Below the pieces are notes generated by a model, which had not been told where the DNA came from, did no database searches, and worked only from the letters and a program-made list of their open reading frames with translations. From Spirochaetia bacterium (GTDB lineage Bacteria; Spirochaetota; Spirochaetia; SZUA-6; Bin103), in the NCBI GenBank assembly GCA_965203905.1, contig CBDBDQ010000005.1, forward strand, positions 4,320,001-4,384,000: a stretch of DNA of 64,000 nt, read 5' to 3'. Every line of letters starts with the position of its first letter. The first letter of the stretch is position 1. Shown here one piece after another: positions 56,954 through 64,000 of the stretch. Made by a program: the position numbers and the translations under genes.

Positions 56954-57574
56954 TCAAGCCCGCCGCGGTGCACTGGACAACACGAACAGTACCTCCGCGG
57001 CGAGCCAGTTGGCCAGCCGGCGACCGATCGTACGCCGCTTCGAGATGTCGATCTCCTGGAGTATGGTGACCTCCTCGGCGACACAGTAGTCGATGAAATC
57101 CTTGCGCGTACAGAGGTGGATATTGGGCGTGTCGTACCAGGAGTAGGGGAGATCACGGGTGACCGGCATGCGGCCGGTTGCCAGGAACTGCAGACGTACC
57201 TTGAAGTAGCCGAAGTTGGGGAAGGACACGATCACGCGCTGGCCGACCCGCAGCATCTCGGCCAGGAGCAACATCGGCCGGTGGATCATCTGCAAGGTCT
57301 GGTTGAGGATCACGTAGTCGTAGCTGCCGGTGGCGTAGTCGCGGAGGCCTTCGTCAAGGTCTCCCTGAAACACCGAGATCCCCCTTGAGATGCTCTCGAT
57401 GATCATCGACTCCTGCAGTTCCACGCCGCGCCCGCGCACCTGCTTGGTGGCGGTCAGGCGCGCCAGGAGCTCACCGTCACCACAGCCCAGATCGAGCACG
57501 CTGCTGCCGGGCTCGACCAGCTTGACGATCTCGTCGTAGTCGATGTGGGGCCGGTCGGAGGCTTCCGCTGGCAT
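56954..57574 (-). CDS. metW: Methionine biosynthesis protein MetW
   Basis: 'VLDLGCGDG', 'VILNQTLQ', 'SFPNFG', 'WYDTPNIH'; downstream of metX. Confidence 0.93.
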   Translation of the reverse strand: MPAEASDRPHIDYDEIVKLVEPGSSVLDLGCGDGELLARLTATKQVRGRGVELQESMIIESISRGISVFQGDLDEGLRDYATGSYDYVILNQTLQMIHRPMLLLAEMLRVGQRVIVSFPNFGYFKVRLQFLATGRMPVTRDLPYSWYDTPNIHLCTRKDFIDYCVAEEVTILQEIDISKRRTIGRRLANWLAAEVLFVLSSAPRRA

Positions 57575-57579
57575 CGCCG

Positions 57580-58782
57580 TTACGACCCGACGCTGGCCAG
57601 AAAGGAGCGGATGATGCGGGTTTGGCGCTCGGTCTCGATGAGGAACGAATCATGCCCGTGGGGGCTGTCGATCTCGACGTAGGAGACGTCCTTGTCGGCC
57701 TGCATCAGCGCGCTGACGATACCCTTCGACTGGGCTGAAGGATAGAGCCAGTCGGAGGTGAAGGAGACCAGCAGGAACTTTGCCTGGCAGGGCGCGAAGG
57801 CGGCAGCCAGGCCACCGTCGCGGCCGTTCAGGTCGTAGTAGTCCATCGCCTTGGTGATGTAGAGGTAGGCGTTGGCGTCGAACTCCTCGGCGAAGCGGGT
57901 ACCCTTGTAGTCGAGGTAGCTCTCGACCTCGAACTCGTGCGAGAAGCCGTACTCGAACTGGTCTCGTTCCTGCAGCTTGCGGCCGAAGCGCTTGCCCAGT
58001 GACTCGTCCGAAAGGTAGGTCAGATGGCCGACCATGCGCGCGGTAGCCAGGCCGCTGCGGGGTTGGTCGCGACCGTAGTAGGCGCCGTCGTGCCAAGCAG
58101 GGTCGGTAGTGATGGCATTGCGGCCGATGGCGTGAAAGGCGATGCCCTGGGCCGAGATGGTTGCCGTCGAGGCGAGGATGATGGCCGAACGCACCAGCTC
58201 CGGAAAGCGCACGGTCCACTCCAGCGCCTGCATGCCTCCCATGGAGCCGCCGGCCACGCAGTAGAGCCCCGGCAGGTCCAGGTGGCGTACCACCTCGCGC
58301 TGTGCCTGCACCATGTCGCCGATGGTGATCACCGGGAAGCTGAGCCCGTACGGCTTGCCCGTAGCGGGGTTGATCGATGCCGGGCCGGTGCTGCCATGAC
58401 AGCCGCCGATGAAGTTGGTGCACACGACGAAGTAGCGCTCGGTGTCGAACGCCTTGCCGGGTCCGATCATGGGGTCCCACCAGCCGGGACGCCGATCGCC
58501 GGGCGCATGGTAGCCGGCGGCATGATGGCTGCCGGAGGTCGCGTGAAACACCAGCACCGCGTTGCTGCGTGCCGCATTCAGTTCGCCGTAGGTCTCGTAG
58601 CGGATGGTGATCGGGCCGAGCCGTCGGCCGCTCTCCAGCACCAGCTCCTCGGGCGGCGCGGCGAAGGTGAAGTCGTTGGGCTGCACCAGACCCACCGATC
58701 CCGGTTCCTGCCACGGCGCCGCCGCAGAGGATCCGGCGGAATGCTGCACCGCCGCGGAACTGGGTCTCGAACTGCTGCTCAT
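57580..58782 (-). CDS. metX: Homoserine O-acetyltransferase
   Basis: 'YETYGELN', 'GWWD..IGPG', 'GGSMGG', 'HGHDSFL'. Confidence 0.93.
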   Translation of the reverse strand: MSSSSRPSSAAVQHSAGSSAAAPWQEPGSVGLVQPNDFTFAAPPEELVLESGRRLGPITIRYETYGELNAARSNAVLVFHATSGSHHAAGYHAPGDRRPGWWDPMIGPGKAFDTERYFVVCTNFIGGCHGSTGPASINPATGKPYGLSFPVITIGDMVQAQREVVRHLDLPGLYCVAGGSMGGMQALEWTVRFPELVRSAIILASTATISAQGIAFHAIGRNAITTDPAWHDGAYYGRDQPRSGLATARMVGHLTYLSDESLGKRFGRKLQERDQFEYGFSHEFEVESYLDYKGTRFAEEFDANAYLYITKAMDYYDLNGRDGGLAAAFAPCQAKFLLVSFTSDWLYPSAQSKGIVSALMQADKDVSYVEIDSPHGHDSFLIETERQTRIIRSFLASVGS

Positions 58783-58884
58783 GCTACTGGATTGGGCTCG
58801 ACGAGGAGTGGCGCGGAAAGCGCCGCGCGGACAGCGCCGCCCCGGTGATGCGGATGGCGCTTCCAACGACCGAGAGGTGGAGGT

Positions 58885-58914
58885 ATTGTACGGCCATCAT
58901 TCCGCACCTGTCAA
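58885..58914 (-). promoter_or_regulatory. Sigma70 promoter of metXW
   Basis: TTGACA-N18-TACAAT on the minus strand. Confidence 0.7.
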
Positions 58915-59020
58915 ACCGGGACTTCCCGAACCGGTGCTCGAGCGGCGGGCGGCGGCAGCGGACATTTGGTGGGGTAACTTGGCAAACGACGGATCTAGGC
59001 AACCGCGAGGCGGGAGTGGA

Positions 59021-59989
59021 GTGCTGCTAGGGTGGTGGCTGGTCATCGCTGCAGCGCCACTGGTGACGGCATGTGCGTCAGGCGCCGCGGTGCGGCTGCC
59101 ACCGGCGGTGGTGGGACCGGCTCCGGCCGACGCCCAGCTCGTGGTGACGCTGCGCCAACCGCTGGTGAGCGACGTGATGGCCCGCCTGCATGCGGCCGGC
59201 GCGCTGCCGTCGCAACTCACCGAGGACGCTGACTCGATTGGCCGCGCGACCGAACGGATCGTGTTCAGCCTGCTCCCCGCGCGGCGCGGAGCGGTGCTGG
59301 CGTTCCTGCCCCGCACGAACTACCCGGCGGAGCTGATCGGCTGGCATCTGAATGTCAGCGACCTGCACTACTTCGCCGGTGGCGGCAGCGGGGTGCGCCA
59401 CTACTGGAGCGATCCCGACATCGGCTTCGGCATCCTCGTGTTCCCCAACCTCATCTTCAGTTTCTGGCTCGATCCCTACGACTTCGCTGCGGGGTCCACG
59501 GATGACGCTCCGGGGCCGGCGGTACGGGAGATGATCCGGATCGCGCAGGAGGGGTCCAGCGTGCCGCTCCACCCGATCGCGGCGCCGCTCAGCGAGGCCC
59601 CCATGTTCGCCTACCTGCAGGACGTTGCCGGCTTTGCGGCGGAGTTGAGTGCGACCACCCCGAACACCGCGCGGGCCATGGTGCGGCTGCCCGCGGACGC
59701 CGCCTGGGCAGCAGGGGAGCTGGCGGATCCTGGGCCCGATGGGCCGGTGCAGCTGCAGGCCGGAGTGGCGCTGCAGGCGGATGACCTCGATCCTTACCTG
59801 GCCCTGATAAGGCTGGTGGTGGTGACGCTCCTGGTGCAGCTCGAGCTGCTCGGCGCAGAGTCGCTGCGCGGGGTGCAGGTGGGAGAAGGTGCGCCCGGCA
59901 CCATTGCGGTAAGCGGCCTGCGGATACCGCGGCCGGCCCTGGTCGAGTTGCTGGGTACGGTGGTGAGAGATGAAGATGAAACGTCGTGA
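59021..59989 (+). CDS. Hypothetical lipoprotein
   Basis: Lipobox 'LVTAC'; overlaps the hisH start region. Confidence 0.6.
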   Translation: MLLGWWLVIAAAPLVTACASGAAVRLPPAVVGPAPADAQLVVTLRQPLVSDVMARLHAAGALPSQLTEDADSIGRATERIVFSLLPARRGAVLAFLPRTNYPAELIGWHLNVSDLHYFAGGGSGVRHYWSDPDIGFGILVFPNLIFSFWLDPYDFAAGSTDDAPGPAVREMIRIAQEGSSVPLHPIAAPLSEAPMFAYLQDVAGFAAELSATTPNTARAMVRLPADAAWAAGELADPGPDGPVQLQAGVALQADDLDPYLALIRLVVVTLLVQLELLGAESLRGVQVGEGAPGTIAVSGLRIPRPALVELLGTVVRDEDETS

Positions 59990-60599
59990 CGAGGTGGTGA
60001 TTGTCGACTACGAGGCCGGCAACCTGCGCAGCGTGGAGCTGGCGGTGGCACACCTGGGGGCCGCGGCCGTGACCAGCGCGGACCCGGAGCGGGTACGGAC
60101 CGCGGAGCGGGTGATCTTCCCCGGCGTGGGGGGCGCGGATGCCGCCATGGCGGTGTTGCGCAACCGTGGGCTCGATGCCTCCTTGCGTGAGGTGCATCGG
60201 GCGGGGCGGCCGATGTTGGGTATCTGCGTGGGCTGCCAGGTGATCTTCGACTCCTCCGAGGAGGGGCCGACCGATTGTCTCGGGCTGGTGCCCGGACGCG
60301 TCGTCCGGATCCGGCCGGCCGCGGGACGCAAGGTCCCACACATGGGCTGGAACGTGGTGCATCGGCGGCGCCGGCACCCGCTCGTCGCTGGGATCGCCGA
60401 CGGCGCGCGCTTCTACTTCGTGCACTCCTACTGCGTGCTGCCGGAAGATCAGGGCTCCACGGTCGGCGCCACCCGCTACGGCACCGAGTTCGCCGCGATC
60501 ATCGCCGCCGGCAACATAGTGGCGACCCAGTTCCACGCCGAGAAGTCGGGCCGCTGGGGGCTGCAACTGCTGGCGAACTTCCTGTCCTGGACGCCGTGA
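59970..60599 (+). CDS. hisH: Imidazole glycerol phosphate synthase subunit HisH
   Basis: 'DYEAGNL.SV', 'PGVG', 'GICVG.Q', 'VPHMGWN', 'FYFVHSY', 'QFHAEKS'. Confidence 0.95.
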   Translation: MKMKRRDEVVIVDYEAGNLRSVELAVAHLGAAAVTSADPERVRTAERVIFPGVGGADAAMAVLRNRGLDASLREVHRAGRPMLGICVGCQVIFDSSEEGPTDCLGLVPGRVVRIRPAAGRKVPHMGWNVVHRRRRHPLVAGIADGARFYFVHSYCVLPEDQGSTVGATRYGTEFAAIIAAGNIVATQFHAEKSGRWGLQLLANFLSWTP

Positions 60600-61378
60600 T
60601 GGTTGGGGAAGGGCTGGCCAAGCGCGTCATCGTGTGTCTGGACGTGCGCGACGGCAAGACCACCAAGGGGGTGCGCTTCCTGGACAACCGGGTAGTAGGC
60701 GATCCGGTGGCGATGGCCGAGCGCTACTACCAGGACGGGGTGGACGAGCTGGTGTTCTACGACATCACCGCCTCCGCCGAAAGGCGCGGCATCATGCTCG
60801 ACGTGGTGCGCAGGGTGGCCGAGCAGATCTTCATCCCGTTCGCCGTGGGCGGCGGCATCAGGTCGGTGGCCGACATGCGCGCCGTGCTGCTGGCCGGCGC
60901 CGAGAAGGTGTCGGTGAACTCGCAGGCGGTGCGCAATCCGTCGATCATCAGCGAGGGGGCGGCCGCATTCGGGACCCAGTGCATCGTGCTGGGCCTGGAT
61001 GCGAAGCGCGATGCCGCCATGCCCAGCGGCTACCGCGTGATGATCGATGGCATGCGCCGCTCCACCGAGTTGGATGCCCTGGAGTGGGCGCTGCGGGCCC
61101 AGGAGCTGGGCGCGGGCGAGGTGGTGCTCAACGCCATCGACACCGACGGCGTGCAGGAGGGATACGAGCTGACCGTTACCCGGCTGCTCGCCGACACCCT
61201 GACCATCCCGGTGGTGGCCTCCGGCGGCGCCGGCACGCCGGACCACTTGTACGAGGTGCTGCGGGAGGGTCACGCCCACGCCGCCCTGGTCGCCTCCATG
61301 GTCCACTTCGGCACCTATACCGTGCGCGACATCAAGCGCAGCCTGGCCGCGCGGGGGATCTGCATCCGCGACGACTGA
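60599..61378 (+). CDS. hisF: Imidazole glycerol phosphate synthase subunit HisF
   Basis: 'KRVIVCLDV', '[11 protein letters not shown]', 'GGGI', 'DTDG', 'ASGGAG'. Confidence 0.95.
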   Translation: MVGEGLAKRVIVCLDVRDGKTTKGVRFLDNRVVGDPVAMAERYYQDGVDELVFYDITASAERRGIMLDVVRRVAEQIFIPFAVGGGIRSVADMRAVLLAGAEKVSVNSQAVRNPSIISEGAAAFGTQCIVLGLDAKRDAAMPSGYRVMIDGMRRSTELDALEWALRAQELGAGEVVLNAIDTDGVQEGYELTVTRLLADTLTIPVVASGGAGTPDHLYEVLREGHAHAALVASMVHFGTYTVRDIKRSLAARGICIRDD

Positions 61379-61422
61379 CCGGAATCGAAAGCACGCCGGA
61401 GCGGCGGCCGTTAGTGGTGGAC

Positions 61423-63021
61423 ATGACACGTGTTTACGTGATGGTGTGCCGCTGGACGGCACTGGCCGTAGTCGCGGTGCTGGCGCTGGCCGGCTGCGAC
61501 GACTGGTTCCTGGGAGGGATGCCGGGCTCCGGCACCCGTGAGATCGCGGACTTCGAAACGCCGCGGTCGCGCTACGAGACCACTTCGATCACGGTGCGGG
61601 CTGCGACCCCGCTCAGGGCTGCCGCGGCTGCCGGCAGCCACGCCGACGTGGCGTCGGTCGAGGTGACGGTGGCCGGCAATGACCCCAACGACGTGTATCA
61701 GGATCCGCTCGCGGAGACGGAGTTGACCAAGGACGACAACGGGTGGAGCGGCTCCCTGTCCGGGTTGACCATCGGGACGCCGCTCACCTTCAGCGCCGCG
61801 GCACTCTCCGCCGCCGAGACGGCGCTGTTCAAGGGTACCATGACCGCCACCCTCGACGACGAAAGCGACACGGTGACCATCGGCCTGAGCGCGGTCGACG
61901 ACGGCGCGTCCAATCGCATTCCGGTGGTCACCGGCATTACGGTGGCAACGGTGGTGACCGACGCCGAGGCCGCGGTGCGAGTCACGGTTACCGGCAGCGG
62001 CAGCGAGGCTCTCGACTACGAGTTCAGCGGCGGAACGTTCACGCCGGCCACGGGGAGCGTCACCCTGACGAACGGCTCCGGCACCATCACCAGCAGCTAC
62101 ACGGCACCGGCGAACGCCGGAACCTACAGCGCGCAGTTGCGGGTGGCCAACGCCCAGGGACACCGCGTCGAGGTGGAGTTCGAGATTGCGGTGGGAAAGG
62201 GTGCCGCGGCGCAGAGCGGTGCGATCGCGCTCGATACCGCCCTCGGACCGGTAGTGACGGCGCTGGTGGGCAAGCGTACTCCGGGCGGCGTGCGCTGGAC
62301 CGCGGAGGTCTCCACGCAGGGCAAGGCGAGCTTCGTCTGGAGCTTCAGCGGGTCCGGCGGCAGCTTCACCGACGCGACCGCCAATCCCACCGTGCTGACC
62401 GGCTACACCGAAGCCACCACCGGCACGCTGCAGGTGACCGTGACCGACGCCGCCGGGCTGGAGACCACCGCCAGTGTCGTGGTCGCCGCCGGGATGTTTC
62501 CTGACGCCCTGGCACCCGCGCCCGCGGTGCTGGTGATCAACGAGATCGACTACGACACTCCGGACGGTGGCGATCCGTACGAGTTCGTCGAGATCTACAA
62601 CTCCGGGGGCTCGACCGTCGACCTGAGCGGCTACCGCTTCGAACTGGTGAACGGCACTGACGGCAGGCCCTACGGCTCCTACGACGGCACCGGCTCGCTT
62701 GCCGCCGGCGGCTACTTTCTGTTCGCGAAGCAAGCCGTAATCGACAGCAGTCCGCCGGTGACGCCGGTGCTGCTCACCGACAGCGTGCAGAACGGCCCGG
62801 ACGGGATCCGCATCGTCGAGAAGGCAACCGGACGGGTGATCGACAGCGTGCACTACAAGGGGATGGTCCCCGGCTCCGGCGAGGGCACCCCCGCGCGCAC
62901 CGACTCGGGATCTGCCTCAAGGTCGATCGGGCGCTGTCCGGACGGCTTCGACAGCAACGACAACGGGCTCGACTTCACGCTCATGGCAGCCACGCCGGGC
63001 GCGGCCAACACCTGCTCGTAG
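61423..63021 (+). CDS. Lipoprotein with Ig-like domains and a C-terminal lamin-tail domain
   Basis: Lipobox LAGC; Thr/Ser-rich beta-sandwich segments; LTD 'VINEIDYD...EFVEIYN....VDLSGY', 'SIGR.PDG.D..DN', 'ATPGAAN'. Confidence 0.8.
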   Translation: MTRVYVMVCRWTALAVVAVLALAGCDDWFLGGMPGSGTREIADFETPRSRYETTSITVRAATPLRAAAAAGSHADVASVEVTVAGNDPNDVYQDPLAETELTKDDNGWSGSLSGLTIGTPLTFSAAALSAAETALFKGTMTATLDDESDTVTIGLSAVDDGASNRIPVVTGITVATVVTDAEAAVRVTVTGSGSEALDYEFSGGTFTPATGSVTLTNGSGTITSSYTAPANAGTYSAQLRVANAQGHRVEVEFEIAVGKGAAAQSGAIALDTALGPVVTALVGKRTPGGVRWTAEVSTQGKASFVWSFSGSGGSFTDATANPTVLTGYTEATTGTLQVTVTDAAGLETTASVVVAAGMFPDALAPAPAVLVINEIDYDTPDGGDPYEFVEIYNSGGSTVDLSGYRFELVNGTDGRPYGSYDGTGSLAAGGYFLFAKQAVIDSSPPVTPVLLTDSVQNGPDGIRIVEKATGRVIDSVHYKGMVPGSGEGTPARTDSGSASRSIGRCPDGFDSNDNGLDFTLMAATPGAANTCS

Positions 63022-63060
63022 GCTGCGGCGCGGCTCGGTGCGGGCCGCTGGCCGCGTTGC

Positions 63061-63104
63061 CGGAACTGCCGCCGGGCGTCCACCGACGTACGGCGGCAGT
63101 TCCG
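63061..63104. repeat. Perfect 14-bp inverted repeat (extended hairpin)
   Basis: CGGAACTGCCGCCG ... CGGCGGCAGTTCCG with inner CGTC-CACC-GACG. Confidence 0.7.
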
Positions 63105-63274
63105 CTCCCAGCGCCACCCCCTCCGTTGTCATCCGGTGGTGCGAGTCGATCCGTTGGAGCCGCTTCATGCGTCATACGACGGAGATCAGTTAATCGAGCT
63201 GACAAATTGCCTTGCGGCACTCTCCTTGGCTATAGTAAGGCCACTCAGTAAAGGCGATTCCAAGAGAGGTATGC

Positions 63275-63613
63275 ATGCCCACTTACGACTATGAGTGCTC
63301 GAACGGTCACCAGTTCGAATACCTGCAGTCGATCACCGCCGAGCCGCTGTCGGAGTGCATCACCTGCGGCGGGCCGGTGCGCCGGCTCATCGGCGGCGGC
63401 ACCGGTATCATCTTCAAGGGATCGGGCTTCTACGTGACCGATTCCAAGAACGGCAAGCACGCAAAGCAGCCCGCGAAGAAGGAAGAGGGCAGCGCCGACA
63501 CCGCCACCAAGGACGGTTCCGCGAAGAGCGGCGAGAAGGGCAGCGACAAGAAGCCCGCCGAGTCCTCGAAGTCGAGCGGCGACAAGGCGACCAAGTCAGC
63601 GGCCGCTACCTGA
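63275..63613 (+). CDS. FmdB family zinc-ribbon protein
   Basis: 'MPTYDYEC..GH.FE..Q', 'CITCGG', 'FKGSGFYVTD', low-complexity tail. Confidence 0.92.
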   Translation: MPTYDYECSNGHQFEYLQSITAEPLSECITCGGPVRRLIGGGTGIIFKGSGFYVTDSKNGKHAKQPAKKEEGSADTATKDGSAKSGEKGSDKKPAESSKSSGDKATKSAAAT

Positions 63614-64000
63614 TCCAGTCGCCGTCGAAGCGGGTGGTCTGCGCCGTCGCGGTCGCTTCCTCCACCAGCGATCCCATTGCGAGCCGCTCATAGGAAGCGC
63701 GCAGTTCCGGCACTTCGGGATTGATCACCGGATGCCGCGGCGCGAACAAGGTGCAGCAATCGGGGTACGGCAGCGTAGAGATGGCGAAGGTGCCGATCGC
63801 GCGCGCCAGCGCTATGATCGCCTCCTTGGACTGGCCGATGAGGGGACGCAGCACCGGCAGCGCGGCGTAGCTGCCGGTGAGGTGCAGGCTCGGTACCGTC
63901 TGACTGGCAACCTGGCCGAGGCTCTCTCCGGTGACCAGGCACCCGTGACCCTGCTCGCGGGCGATGATGCTGGCGATCTGCATCATGGCGCAGCGCATCA
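63606..64000 (-). CDS. thiI: tRNA 4-thiouridine synthase ThiI, 3' part (runs off the window)
   Basis: 'TGESLGQVASQT', 'LRPLIG..K..II..A..IGT..IS..PY.DCC'. Confidence 0.9.
   Translation of the reverse strand, partial: MRCAMMQIASIIAREQGHGCLVTGESLGQVASQTVPSLHLTGSYAALPVLRPLIGQSKEAIIALARAIGTFAISTLPYPDCCTLFAPRHPVINPEVPELRASYERLAMGSLVEEATATAQTTRFDGDWIR

Noticed and set aside
58783-58884. SAM riboswitch or T-box in the metX leader
   Set aside because: The leader is GC-rich with a small hairpin but shows no recognisable consensus; an Infernal search would be needed to exclude a novel element.
1-64000. CRISPR array, integrase, transposase or prophage genes
   Set aside because: No regularly spaced repeats and no recognisable recombinase, transposase or phage structural motifs in any frame.

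Overview
High-GC bacterial chromosome segment, most likely from a Spirochaetota member. This is an inference from the TPR-PilZ-like-tsaE-tsaB order, the infC-rpmI-rplT-zapB-like(ELDIF)-zapA order and an 'A(A)G' solute-binding-protein leader; the expanded PhyH dioxygenases and desaturase resemble marine or sponge-associated lineages. The window holds about 60 genes. Housekeeping genes include tRNA-Gln(CTG), metK, mfd, mrfAB-like genes, tsaBE, zapA, rplT/rpmI/infC, metXW, hisHF and a partial thiI. There are three ABC systems (sugar import, MacAB/YknWXYZ-like export, GldAFG-like) plus an orphan ABC ATPase. The accessory content is the most interesting part: (i) a cluster of three Fe(II)/2-oxoglutarate PhyH dioxygenases, in which two ~90% identical HxD copies flank a divergent HxG (halogenase-signature) enzyme, followed by a CinA/PncC-like-HIGH-nucleotidyltransferase fusion, an MFS transporter and a Cys/Cys proline racemase; (ii) two ABC-ATPase/TOPRIM (OLD/PARIS-like) modules with intact ATPases but disabled nucleases; (iii) decayed islets containing a Cas2/VapD-like small gene, a frameshifted DUF1640-like gene, a lipoprotein paralog relic and an AbiJ-like (STM4504/CBY_0614-type) relic next to a Schlafen-AlbA_2 protein; (iv) a recurring sigma70 promoter placed directly before the start codon, suggesting widespread leaderless transcription. 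No CRISPR array, integrase or transposase was seen. All family calls come from motif recognition, not database searches.
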